Of a stretch of DNA of 64,000 nucleotides, positions 20,028 to 29,620 are shown in pieces. The position numbers and the translations under genes are program-made. This DNA is from a phage, in sequence record PX104380.1, one strand, 5' to 3'. Positions within the stretch are counted from its first letter, which is position 1; every line of letters starts with the position of its first letter. A model generated the notes under the pieces. That model was not told the origin of the DNA and made no database searches. It was given only the letters and a program-made list of their open reading frames with translations.

Positions 20028-21837
20028 GTTTTACTCGTTTTACCATTTCTTTCATTTTACCTAAATTCCATGGAACAACGCTAGGAGTTCCAAGATATCC
20101 GCATGTTCTTCTTATGGTATTCATCTTTTTAGGATCAGTTTCTCCACAAATAGAACAAACAAATCCGTTTTCAGTAGGAGTCATTTCATGGGTACTTCCA
20201 CATGTAAAACATTTATCTACTGGCATATTAACACCAAAATAATCTAAATGTTGTGCAGCATAATCCCATACGGCCTCAAGACCCTTTAAGTTATTTTTCA
20301 TATCAGGAAGTTCAACATAAGAAATGTGGCCGCCTGTCGCAATGAAATGATATGGCGCTTCACGAGAAATCTTTTCAAACGGAGTAACATTTTCTTCTAC
20401 TGAAACGTGGAAACTGTTAGTGTACCAGCCTTTATCGGTAACATCTTTTACACTTCCATATTTTTCGGTATCAAGTTTACAGAAGCGATAACACAGGTTT
20501 TCAGCAGGAGTAGAATACAAGCTAAAAGCAAATCCGGTTCTTTCTGTCCACTGCTTAAGACGAGCATTCATTTTAGTTAAAATTTCTTGTCCAATATCAC
20601 GACCGACAAGAATATTCAATTCGTGAATACCAATGTATCCTAAGGACACTGAACTTCTACCGTTTTTAAATAACTCAATTATATCATCATCAGGTTTAAG
20701 ACGAACCCCGAATGCACCTTCTTGGTAAAGAATAGGAGCAACAGTCGCTTTAACTCCTTTTAAGGAACTAATTCTACACATCAAAGCTTCAAAACACAGA
20801 TCCATTCGTTCATTAAATAGCTCAACAAATTTCTGCTCATTGAATTGAGTTCCAATATAAGAATCTAATGCGATGCGAGGAAGATTCAATGTTACAACAC
20901 CAAGATTATTACGTCCATCAAGAATTTCATTACCGGTTGAATCTTTCCACACACTCAAGAAACTACGACAACCCATTGGAGAAACAGGAGTAGATGAGCC
21001 GGTGATAGCTTTATTGTTCTTAGCCGAAATGATGTCAGGATACATTCTTTTGCTTGCGCACTCTAGAGCAAGCTGTTTAATATCATAGTTCGGGTCGTCT
21101 TTATAAAGATTAACACCTTCTTCAACGAACATAACAAGTTTAGGGAAAATAGGAGTTATCCCATCACGACCAAGACCTTTAATACGATTTTTCAGAATTG
21201 CTTTCTGAATCATTCGTTCAGTCCAGTCAGTTCCCGTACCAAATGTAATTGTTACAAAAGGCGTTTGTCCGTTTGAACTAAAGAGAGTATTTACTTCATA
21301 TTCATAAGCTTGGAATGCATCGTATACATCTTTTTCTGTTTTAGATTGAGCATAATTCAACGCATCAGCGATTTGCCATTTTTCTGCATCCTCAATATGT
21401 TTTGCATAGGTGCGTTTAACATAAGGAGAAAGTACTTTATCTACATTCGCAAAAGTCGTTCCGCCGTATTGATGGGAAGCAACCTGTGCAGTAATTTGTG
21501 CCATAATTGCAGTAGCAACACCGATTGATTTAGGAGTTTCAATCTGTGCATTACCAAGCTTAAATCCGTTCTCAAGCATTCCTTTTAAATCTACTAAACA
21601 ACAATTAGTAAATGGAAGAGCAGGGGAATAATCAATATCATGGAAATGAATAATTCCGCTTTCATGCGCTTTCATAATAAAAGACGGGACCATATTTTTG
21701 GCAATGTGTTTAGACACAATACCAGCCATAAGGTCCCGTTGAGTTGGAAAAACACGAGAATCTTTATTAGCATTCTCGTTTAAAAGGTCTTTATTAGTTT
21801 TATGAATCAATCCTTCAATTTCTTTTTCAATTGTCAT
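20020..21837 (-). CDS. nrdD: anaerobic ribonucleoside-triphosphate reductase (glycyl radical enzyme), uninterrupted
   Basis: 605 aa single ORF; C-terminal zinc ribbon CFTCGS...CSICG and glycyl radical region. Confidence 0.9.
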   Translation of the reverse strand: MTIEKEIEGLIHKTNKDLLNENANKDSRVFPTQRDLMAGIVSKHIAKNMVPSFIMKAHESGIIHFHDIDYSPALPFTNCCLVDLKGMLENGFKLGNAQIETPKSIGVATAIMAQITAQVASHQYGGTTFANVDKVLSPYVKRTYAKHIEDAEKWQIADALNYAQSKTEKDVYDAFQAYEYEVNTLFSSNGQTPFVTITFGTGTDWTERMIQKAILKNRIKGLGRDGITPIFPKLVMFVEEGVNLYKDDPNYDIKQLALECASKRMYPDIISAKNNKAITGSSTPVSPMGCRSFLSVWKDSTGNEILDGRNNLGVVTLNLPRIALDSYIGTQFNEQKFVELFNERMDLCFEALMCRISSLKGVKATVAPILYQEGAFGVRLKPDDDIIELFKNGRSSVSLGYIGIHELNILVGRDIGQEILTKMNARLKQWTERTGFAFSLYSTPAENLCYRFCKLDTEKYGSVKDVTDKGWYTNSFHVSVEENVTPFEKISREAPYHFIATGGHISYVELPDMKNNLKGLEAVWDYAAQHLDYFGVNMPVDKCFTCGSTHEMTPTENGFVCSICGETDPKKMNTIRRTCGYLGTPSVVPWNLGKMKEMVKRVKHA

Positions 21838-22307
21838 TTTAAACTCTTTCTAAGCTGCTTCTTGAATGAAGCTATTAATTGTGTTTTGGTGTCAGATTCA
21901 TTATATTCAAATCCTCTTTGAAGCATCTCGGCAATCATTTCCTCTTTTCCTAAACGAGAAAATTCCTTTGATTTATCTCCAACAAAGTTAGGGTGAATAT
22001 TATTTTGGGTGTAATCGGATTTTAAATAAGTAAGTAAATTTTCTAACCATTCAAGATAATCAACACCTTGCCCCTTTAAGCCAGAACGATTAAATTTATG
22101 TTTCATTTGACCTTCCGCGGCATTGCAGAGATTACAAAGCAATCCACGTACCTTTCCTGCTTTTGGTCCATTTAATTCATGGTCATGGTCAAGGTGATTA
22201 GCTTGAACATCAGGATTTAATTCTCGTTGGCAAATTAAGCATTTACCATTTTGTGCATCATAAAATTTCTGTTTTTCTTCTTTATATAATTTGCCAGTCA
22301 ATAACAT
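21834..22307 (-). CDS. 49: endonuclease VII (Holliday junction resolvase)
   Basis: 157 aa, same length as T4 gp49; CLIC...CNLC zinc site and HLDHDH. Confidence 0.8.
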   Translation of the reverse strand: MLLTGKLYKEEKQKFYDAQNGKCLICQRELNPDVQANHLDHDHELNGPKAGKVRGLLCNLCNAAEGQMKHKFNRSGLKGQGVDYLEWLENLLTYLKSDYTQNNIHPNFVGDKSKEFSRLGKEEMIAEMLQRGFEYNESDTKTQLIASFKKQLRKSLK

Positions 22308-22348
22308 AATAAACCCTTACCTTAAATAGATAAGGGTATTTATTATTT

Positions 22349-22852
22349 TCAAGTATTGTAAAACATTCGATGCAATCGCTTATATTGCCGAATCTTTTGG
22401 TCAGAAAAAGAAATTTGGGTTTCAAGCCATTCAATATATTCTGCCGCAGCTTGCATCAGGTTACCTTCATAGCCATCGTTATTTTCTTGCGCAGCTAATT
22501 TAGCTAATGCGTATGAAATACGTTCACCTTGAAAATCGGCTTTAGGCTTCTGAACAACTTGATTAGTTCGCTCTACAACTTCTTCAATTTCGCCATTTTC
22601 AACGGATTCAGTATTCCATAAGCACCAATACGTAATTGGCTTATCATAGATATTAATAATCTTTCCGTCGGAAAGTTCAATTTCAATAATTCCAGTATCA
22701 GGCTCTATATCATCTTCACATTCTTTTGCAAGTTCACGAACTTTAAAGACAGTACCTGCGCTAAGTTCCGGCCAGTAATTACACAGCCCTGTATCAGCAC
22801 GATTAATTCTAAACCACTTATCTACTGTAATCATGTCCCATCTCCATATCAA
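22349..22852 (-). CDS. hypothetical protein (position of pin/49.x)
   Basis: 167 aa; assignment to pin is by position only. Confidence 0.35.
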   Translation of the reverse strand: MIWRWDMITVDKWFRINRADTGLCNYWPELSAGTVFKVRELAKECEDDIEPDTGIIEIELSDGKIINIYDKPITYWCLWNTESVENGEIEEVVERTNQVVQKPKADFQGERISYALAKLAAQENNDGYEGNLMQAAAEYIEWLETQISFSDQKIRQYKRLHRMFYNT

Positions 22853-22956
22853 TTAAGTCATTTATCGTTGGTTCATTATATACTGTTTCTTCATCAGTGT
22901 AAACCGGTTCTTCCGGCTCTGGCTCTACAGTTTCCCATCTAGCCGCCCACCAAGGT

Positions 22957-23166
22957 TTAACCCCGAAGCTTATTAAGTTCTTCATCATCAATCCAGGATT
23001 CTAGTCCTGTTGGCAGGTCACATTCAATTTCCCAAAGAAGTTCTTCAATTTTCTGAAGACGATCTAGTTCTTCAGCAGGAATAGTAACCATTGACGGAGC
23101 TCTTGCTACATTAATATCGTAAATCATATTTACCCCAGTTTGACCATACAATCGCCGTATTTCCAC
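22957..23166 (-). CDS. hypothetical protein
   Basis: 69 aa track ORF. Confidence 0.4.
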   Translation of the reverse strand: MEIRRLYGQTGVNMIYDINVARAPSMVTIPAEELDRLQKIEELLWEIECDLPTGLESWIDDEELNKLRG

Positions 23167-23345
23167 TTAGAAATAGACTTTTCACCATTAGAATAATAAA
23201 CTTCAAGTTTAGCACGATTATTTTTAATTTGAATAACCTTGGCTGTCATCAAAGTTCCATACCCATAATAAACTGCAACTTCATCACCTACATATACCGC
23301 GCTTCCGCGGTAATCATGGATATAATCAGTTCCTTCGAGCATCAT
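23130..23345 (-). CDS. hypothetical protein
   Basis: 71 aa track ORF. Confidence 0.4.
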   Translation of the reverse strand: MMLEGTDYIHDYRGSAVYVGDEVAVYYGYGTLMTAKVIQIKNNRAKLEVYYSNGEKSISKWKYGDCMVKLG

Positions 23346-23605
23346 TTAAAGTATTCCCGCAATTGGTCAAATCCACCAATATGACTTCCATCAGGAGCAA
23401 ATACTTGTGGCATTGTCAAACCAATTTGAGTATCACGACCTAGTTTAGTCAGAAGCTCAGCGATTTTCTCATCATCAAAAACACCTTTTTCCGGCATAAT
23501 GTTGATAAATTCAAACGGCTGTTTCTTCACGGTCAAAAGACGTTTTGCATTATCACAATACACGCATTTGTGGATGTTGCTATCATAACCATATACTTTA
23601 AACAT
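23342..23605 (-). CDS. nrdC: phage thioredoxin/glutaredoxin
   Basis: 87 aa, CVYC active site, same length as T4 NrdC. Confidence 0.8.
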   Translation of the reverse strand: MFKVYGYDSNIHKCVYCDNAKRLLTVKKQPFEFINIMPEKGVFDDEKIAELLTKLGRDTQIGLTMPQVFAPDGSHIGGFDQLREYFK

Positions 23606-23606
23606 A

Positions 23607-23849
23607 TTATTCCTTAATTCCTAGTACTTGTTTAAAAGTCTCGTCGTAATCAAGACTTTGACCCGTTTGTTCTTTATGTTTGTATATAATATCACTTACT
23701 TCTGATAGCATATTTTTATATGAACGAGTTAAAGCAGATTTAAGCACGCTGTATCTATCAGGAAATTTACCATGTTCATTATAATAAGCTATTGCTAATT
23801 CACGGACTGCCTTTTCAGCAGCCTCCATATATTCTTTACGCTTGGTCAT
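23607..23849 (-). CDS. hypothetical protein (nrdC.1-like)
   Basis: 80 aa. Confidence 0.5.
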   Translation of the reverse strand: MTKRKEYMEAAEKAVRELAIAYYNEHGKFPDRYSVLKSALTRSYKNMLSEVSDIIYKHKEQTGQSLDYDETFKQVLGIKE

Positions 23850-23851
23850 TT

Positions 23852-24241
23852 TTAATCCAAAATATTATTAGGCATTGGTTGAACACTCACAAGTTCTTTA
23901 AAGAACTCAGTAGAATCAGGCAATTTAACCATTTCCGGAGCATGCTTACTGAATTTATGTTTACATTGACGGCATTTATATTCAAGCTCTGGTTTACGCC
24001 AGTTAATCAATTGAACTTGTTCAGTACCGCATTCAGGGCAATTAGGAACATTTTTAGAAGCTCTTTCACGTCGTTCAACCATAACCATAATGGCATCCCA
24101 AGCAGGAGGTTTAAAGTCTAAATCGTCACAACCATGAATCTTTCCACGCATTTCCAAATCGTCTTCTTCACCAGCCATAATAATTTTAATTAGACTAGAA
24201 TTACTTGAAGCTGCAATATCTTCTAATAAACGCTTTTTCAT
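23852..24241 (-). CDS. zinc-ribbon protein
   Basis: 129 aa; CPECG...CRQC four-Cys motif. Confidence 0.5.
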   Translation of the reverse strand: MKKRLLEDIAASSNSSLIKIIMAGEEDDLEMRGKIHGCDDLDFKPPAWDAIMVMVERRERASKNVPNCPECGTEQVQLINWRKPELEYKCRQCKHKFSKHAPEMVKLPDSTEFFKELVSVQPMPNNILD

Positions 24242-25164
24242 TTCAGTACCTCAATAGCATCACGTAAACCATTTGCTTTGGCGGTTAAAGCCTTAAGAAC
24301 TTTAGTATGCTCTTCAATTTGTTTTTCAACTTCAATCAAACGAGCATTGAGATATTCGCGTTCTTCTTTCATAGTATCATTTCCATGATTGGATTTTGGT
24401 GTAGGTTTAAATTCACTAGGGTCCTTTAACTTAATAACAAATTTAGTTTCAAACAGTGAAAGACCATAATTCGTATTATCATCAAAGGATTTAACTACAT
24501 CCATATTAGATAATAACTCATGCAAATTATAAGACAAAGAACTAATAGTTTCATTGTGTTTATTAGCTTCGCGTGGTTTCATATACGGAAGATTTTTATA
24601 TATCTCATGCGGAGCGCAAACGATAATTGACAATTCAAATTGTCCATTCTGGGACGATGGAATGAATTTAGCCGTAACCCAGTCTTTTACATTCACATTA
24701 ATAGTACGGTTATCACCATGACAAAACAGTCTACGAGAATGCTTAAAAAGCATATTCACGTTATTATTGAATTCGTGTGAAAATTCACTAGCAAATTTTT
24801 CTTTACTATCTTTAGAAAACCATTCTTCTAAATAAGTTCTTTTCACGTCATTAATAATATTAAATGTAACAACACTAGCATTTGATACATTAGTCTTAAT
24901 GTAGCTTGGATACATAAATTTTTTAACATTATTAACAGCTATCACAGAAGATAGTAATCGGGAACGTTTGAACCACTCGAGCAAAGAACCAAGAGAATGT
25001 GAATACGCATTTTGTGTATCTTTACAAATATGGTTTTCCCATCCAATATAGTCTAAAAAATCACGAAGAATATTATTGATTACTGCTCTGTGTCCGATCT
25101 GATAATTACGATGTTTAGTAATAAGACTGTCAAAATAATCAATATAATGTTTACGAGTTTTCAT
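24238..25164 (-). CDS. hypothetical protein with C-terminal coiled coil (paralog family member 1)
   Basis: 308 aa; begins MKTRKHY; shares LFKHSRRLFCHGD-type motif and C-terminal coiled coil with the next three genes. Confidence 0.55.
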   Translation of the reverse strand: MKTRKHYIDYFDSLITKHRNYQIGHRAVINNILRDFLDYIGWENHICKDTQNAYSHSLGSLLEWFKRSRLLSSVIAVNNVKKFMYPSYIKTNVSNASVVTFNIINDVKRTYLEEWFSKDSKEKFASEFSHEFNNNVNMLFKHSRRLFCHGDNRTINVNVKDWVTAKFIPSSQNGQFELSIIVCAPHEIYKNLPYMKPREANKHNETISSLSYNLHELLSNMDVVKSFDDNTNYGLSLFETKFVIKLKDPSEFKPTPKSNHGNDTMKEEREYLNARLIEVEKQIEEHTKVLKALTAKANGLRDAIEVLK

Positions 25165-25216
25165 GTTCTTCTCACTTGGTTAATGATTTATACTCCGAGC
25201 CATCCTTGGCTTTAAA

Positions 25217-26269
25217 TTACTTAATTAACTGTAAAGCCTGTTCTAAACGATCAAGACGATTAACAGATTCTTCCCAAATCCTTTTAGCCTGCTCATATTC
25301 TTTCTGCGCTTTATTAGAAATTTCTAGAACTTCTTTATAAGCTTTTTCTAATGCAATAACTTCTGGACGAATTTCTACCGGTTCAGGTGAATCATCAAGA
25401 CATTCCATTAGTTCCTCAAGGGTAGTTTCTTCTTTAGGAGTATTCACAATTTCATCACATTTTTGTTGGTAAATTTCTTTACTAGTAGGTGAATAAGTAC
25501 ATTTCACTTCACGAAGACTAACTACAATTTTATATCCTTCCCAACCGCATATATTCTTAAAAGGATATGTATGAATATTTTCTACCGTTTCCATACAAAG
25601 TAATGCAGTCTCTAACTGATGAGTTGTATCACTAGCAATTGAGAAAAATTTATTAATATTCTTTTGATTAGCTTCTGGTGTAAAAAATTCATAATTCACA
25701 AAAATAGCTGCTTTATTTTTATCAAGTTCATATTCTTTTATGATAATCATATCAGAAGCCAAAGGATGAATTTGACGATAATCGCCATAACATAATTTAG
25801 AAGCTGATTTTAGAATTTGCTTCTTGAAAAGTCTAAAATTACTAATCCAACGACGAGTAAAAATATTCTCAGGGTCTTCTTTATTATTAAGATGATAAGA
25901 ATTAACATCACCGAACCAACTGTATCCTACTACATCTTTGGTTCGTTTAATTTCTTTCCCAAAATTACTAAGAATATCTTGATTAACTAAATATGAAAGA
26001 AGACGAGACCCTTTAAAGGTTTCCTTAATATCATCTTTATCTACACGACTAGAAATTTTATGAACTTCATGAATAAATTTGCTGGAAGAAACAATACTTG
26101 CATCAGTATTGTTGAGCCACTGATTGATAATAGAAAGAACACTATTCTGACTAGACATAGGTTTAACTTTATCATCAATAACACTATTGAATGATTTGAT
26201 ATATTCGTTACGAGTCATATTAATCTCCTCAGTAGAAAGTAAGAACATTATACCACATCCTTGTGGCAA
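25217..26269 (-). CDS. hypothetical protein with C-terminal coiled coil (paralog family member 2)
   Basis: Track start lies inside the promoter; ATG at 26216-26218 (MTRNEYIKSF) with GGAG leader is the likely start; FRLFKKQILKSASKLCYGD motif. Confidence 0.55.
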   Translation of the reverse strand: MPQGCGIMFLLSTEEINMTRNEYIKSFNSVIDDKVKPMSSQNSVLSIINQWLNNTDASIVSSSKFIHEVHKISSRVDKDDIKETFKGSRLLSYLVNQDILSNFGKEIKRTKDVVGYSWFGDVNSYHLNNKEDPENIFTRRWISNFRLFKKQILKSASKLCYGDYRQIHPLASDMIIIKEYELDKNKAAIFVNYEFFTPEANQKNINKFFSIASDTTHQLETALLCMETVENIHTYPFKNICGWEGYKIVVSLREVKCTYSPTSKEIYQQKCDEIVNTPKEETTLEELMECLDDSPEPVEIRPEVIALEKAYKEVLEISNKAQKEYEQAKRIWEESVNRLDRLEQALQLIK

Positions 26270-26276
26270 AGTAAAC
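26247..26276 (-). promoter_or_regulatory. T4-type early promoter (-10 TATAAT)
   Basis: Plus attata at 26247-26252 and gtaaac at 26271-26276, 18-nt spacing. Confidence 0.5.
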
Positions 26277-27280
26277 TAGTTCAGTGCATTTAGTGCGTTG
26301 TTCAATTTAGAACGTTGCTTCGTGAGATTTTTTACTTTTTCTTGAGCTTTTTCTAGCATCTTTTCAGCTTCTAACACTTCATTAGTTGCTTTAACGAGTT
26401 CATCATCTACTGCCTTGATAGACTTCTCAATCGCATCCGCGTGCCATTTTTCAACAGGTTTAAGACTCGGATTTTCAACAGGAAGAAAATTCACTTTATT
26501 GAATTTCCATGCATCATTATTACCTGAACTATACATCCAAAATTTAGGATCGTTTGATGAGTAATTAGTTTGGTGTTCAGGTTTTTTCTCTTGTATAACT
26601 TCGTCCTTTCTCAAAAAATCGTATTTAAATGAAACGATCATATCAAGTTCATACGTTGTTGTGTCTAATTTAAATCGTTCAAAACGAGGTAAAATCTTAG
26701 ATTGAACAGCAGCAACAACATCCATATACTTAAATGCTTCTGTCAGCTGTGATTTAAGACATTCACAAATTGAAAGAGAATTTTTTGTATTAGGTTTAAA
26801 GCTAATTCGTGCAGTTCTATTATTTTCTTTTAATGGTCTTACTTCCATCTGAAGAGTATAACCATCAAATTTCAGGTTCTTTAAGTTAATGTCAGAACCT
26901 TTTAATCGACTAGCCGTCGACAAAATTTGCTTTAATTGTTTACGGAATAGAGCAATAAATCTCCATTCAATACGATAATGATTTGGATTGAAAAATCCAG
27001 ATGATAAATCGACCTTACTTTGACCAACGCCTTGAACAAATAAAGGATTTTTATAATCAATAGTTTTACAGAAATCGGTGAGCTGCTCACGAGCAGTCAT
27101 TTGTGTAATATACCCTGCTTCATTAAAATTACGCACCCATTCACTGCTATTCATATATTTAAAGTGAATGGAACTATTAACTTTATCAGGGTCTAAATTA
27201 TTTTGGCACAAAAATGTCATAACATCACGAGTATAGCTGGCATTACGAACCATATCTTCAATTTGAGAACGAGTTTTCAT
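26276..27280 (-). CDS. hypothetical protein with C-terminal coiled coil (paralog family member 3)
   Basis: 334 aa; begins MKTRSQIEDM; ALFRKQLKQILSTASRLKGSD motif. Confidence 0.55.
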   Translation of the reverse strand: MKTRSQIEDMVRNASYTRDVMTFLCQNNLDPDKVNSSIHFKYMNSSEWVRNFNEAGYITQMTAREQLTDFCKTIDYKNPLFVQGVGQSKVDLSSGFFNPNHYRIEWRFIALFRKQLKQILSTASRLKGSDINLKNLKFDGYTLQMEVRPLKENNRTARISFKPNTKNSLSICECLKSQLTEAFKYMDVVAAVQSKILPRFERFKLDTTTYELDMIVSFKYDFLRKDEVIQEKKPEHQTNYSSNDPKFWMYSSGNNDAWKFNKVNFLPVENPSLKPVEKWHADAIEKSIKAVDDELVKATNEVLEAEKMLEKAQEKVKNLTKQRSKLNNALNALN

Positions 27281-27288
27281 GGTGTTCC

Positions 27289-28191
27289 TTAAGATTTAAG
27301 TAAATCAACAATTTTAATTAATTTTTCACGTTCAGATTTAGCTTTACTACTCAATCCGGATAGTCTAAAGATTTCATCGTCATACTGTTGAATAGAAATA
27401 TTTAGCTCTTCAATTTGCTTATTAAAATAATCAATTTGCTCAGAATGTTTTTCGTTACTGCGAACTGGTACAGGTTTTGTAGGCAATTTAGTTAAACTGG
27501 ATTCATCCGGGCGATAAATTAAAATACAACTTGAACCAATCGGGCATTTTGCACCAGATGAATATTCTAATGTTCCGGCTTCTTTTAAAACTTCAAAAGC
27601 TAAACAGAGATGATGCCCCATATTAACATAATCTGTAGAGCGAGCTCTGACGTAATAATCATCGCCGCGAATACTAAATTTAAAGCATTTAAGGTCTTCT
27701 GTATTATTGGTCTTAAAAATCATTTGTTTATCTAGACCTTTAGCTAATCGAGCGCCTAATGCTAATAATCGTCGTTGATTTTCCCACAAATCTGCGATCA
27801 TTTGGTCAAATGATAATTTCGGCATTAGTCGACCATAAAGGTCATATCCTTTATTATAATTACGAAGGATTTCACTCGCGTTAATACGAGACAATGCTCC
27901 AATTTTATTAAGGGCTTTCATAATGCGATTAGATAAACCCATTCCAGACCCGTTTGTTCGCTGCAAATGTTTTTCTAATCCAAATCCAATATCAACTTTA
28001 AACTTATCTAAAATTTCTGCATGAACATCTCTGTCAATAACATTCAAATCCAAAGTTGGGTTAAATCTATGAAAAAATTTATCTGGCTCTCCACGACGAA
28101 GTACAGTCCATTCATTCATTTTTTTATTAACTAAAGATTTAATTACTGTATTGACATTATTAATTACTACTGACATATTTTTCTCACTCAA
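27289..28191 (-). CDS. hypothetical protein with C-terminal coiled coil (possible family member 4)
   Basis: 300 aa; weaker similarity (RLLALGARLAKGLD), same C-terminal architecture. Confidence 0.5.
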   Translation of the reverse strand: MSEKNMSVVINNVNTVIKSLVNKKMNEWTVLRRGEPDKFFHRFNPTLDLNVIDRDVHAEILDKFKVDIGFGLEKHLQRTNGSGMGLSNRIMKALNKIGALSRINASEILRNYNKGYDLYGRLMPKLSFDQMIADLWENQRRLLALGARLAKGLDKQMIFKTNNTEDLKCFKFSIRGDDYYVRARSTDYVNMGHHLCLAFEVLKEAGTLEYSSGAKCPIGSSCILIYRPDESSLTKLPTKPVPVRSNEKHSEQIDYFNKQIEELNISIQQYDDEIFRLSGLSSKAKSEREKLIKIVDLLKS

Positions 28192-28592
28192 TTTTCAATT
28201 TTACTAAATACACAGAATATGATGGAAAAGACTATATAAGCACCGCATACAGATTGAACTAATACCATTCCAAAGAACCAAACAATATTATCAAACAATG
28301 TCTGTTTTACGTCGAAAGGACGTAAACTTACAGTAATATTATCGCCTTTTTCTATTGATGAATACATCTCTGGTGAAATATATTCGCTAAATCTATAACC
28401 ATCATTCAGCTCATATACAGCAATAAACGATAAACTAGACCCCTTTCCTTGTGTTCCTGTAATAGTATTAACTACAGTAACATCATAATCTTTATAATGC
28501 ATATAATCATTAATTGCATAATAACCATATGCAATTACTATACATAAACAACATATCAATAAATTCAATCTTTTAATTATCAACTGTTTCAT
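28188..28592 (-). CDS. hypothetical membrane protein
   Basis: 134 aa with N- and C-terminal hydrophobic helices. Confidence 0.5.
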   Translation of the reverse strand: MKQLIIKRLNLLICCLCIVIAYGYYAINDYMHYKDYDVTVVNTITGTQGKGSSLSFIAVYELNDGYRFSEYISPEMYSSIEKGDNITVSLRPFDVKQTLFDNIVWFFGMVLVQSVCGAYIVFSIIFCVFSKIEN

Positions 28593-28647
28593 AATAATCT
28601 CAATTAAAAGGGCTTAGAACCATTATACCATCCTTGGTATAAAGCGG

Positions 28648-29175
28648 TTATGCGAGTACCGTCTTTAACCGTTCTTCAAACTTCCGAAGAGTATTCTGGC
28701 GTTCAGCTCTTTGCTTTTTGTAAGTTTCAATACGCTCTGAAATGAGAGTGTATCGTTCATTTACTGATTCTTTCATAAAATCAGGAATTTCACGAGAAGC
28801 TTTAATCTCATCAAATTTATCAATAACAGCTTGCTCTTCAGCAATTAAGTTATCATACATCAAAATATCTTTCTTGATGAACTCAATATCTTCTTGAGTT
28901 ACACGAGATAACTTAGATGCTTTATCCTTTTTGTACTGTTCGTTAGTATCACGAGACCAGTGTAATGTACGATTTTTATTCGTATTTTTGTAAATTTCTA
29001 CGATACCAATCTCATCAATAATAACGATCCAATTCCAACGGGATTTGTAAATTTGTCCTCCATCAACTGTGATTTCACCTCCGATTGAGATGTCATTAAA
29101 GAACTTGCTTTGTGCTTCAGATTTAAATTTACCATCGTTGTAATTTACCAAGTTGAAAATATCTTTAGCGTTCAT
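28648..29175 (-). CDS. hypothetical protein
   Basis: 175 aa; ATG at 29175 preceded by conserved early promoter/leader cassette. Confidence 0.55.
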   Translation of the reverse strand: MNAKDIFNLVNYNDGKFKSEAQSKFFNDISIGGEITVDGGQIYKSRWNWIVIIDEIGIVEIYKNTNKNRTLHWSRDTNEQYKKDKASKLSRVTQEDIEFIKKDILMYDNLIAEEQAVIDKFDEIKASREIPDFMKESVNERYTLISERIETYKKQRAERQNTLRKFEERLKTVLA

Positions 29176-29203
29176 TTTCTGTTCCTCTGTAGTTGATAGT
29201 TGT

Positions 29204-29233
29204 ATAGTACCACAGAGGAACAGTCTTGTAAAC
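29204..29233 (-). promoter_or_regulatory. T4-type early promoter with conserved leader
   Basis: Plus atagta at 29204-29209 and tgtaaac at 29227-29233. Confidence 0.55.
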
Positions 29234-29235
29234 CA

Positions 29236-29550
29236 CTAAAAGAAACTTCTTTCACAATTTTTTCCACTGAACCACGCGCTCACTGCTTTCTTAGTCTCAG
29301 GAGCAGTGTTATCCATAAACCATTCAAAGGCAGCCTTTTTATGATTCTGGAGGGCTTCTCGGGCTTTAATCTGCTCACGGTCTATTAACACTAACATATG
29401 AGCCTTTCTTGTCACCAAGGGCTTCTTATGATTTTTTGAATACTCCCAATCATTTGTCCATCGCATCGTTGTTGCGAACTGAAATACTGCTTCTTTAATT
29501 TTAGTTTCGTAAATTTCACGAGCCTTTGAGTATAACATCATTACCTCCAT
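29236..29550 (-). CDS. hypothetical protein
   Basis: 104 aa track ORF. Confidence 0.5.
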   Translation of the reverse strand: MEVMMLYSKAREIYETKIKEAVFQFATTMRWTNDWEYSKNHKKPLVTRKAHMLVLIDREQIKAREALQNHKKAAFEWFMDNTAPETKKAVSAWFSGKNCERSFF

Positions 29551-29620
29551 TTACTAGTTTAATTCTAGTCATCTTTTTGATGGCAGTCCATATAATCTAT
29601 TTCTGAACTGCCTTTTTGTC

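Noticed and set aside
20020-21837. Looked for a group I intron interrupting nrdD
   Set aside because: nrdD is a single continuous 605-aa frame; no intron present
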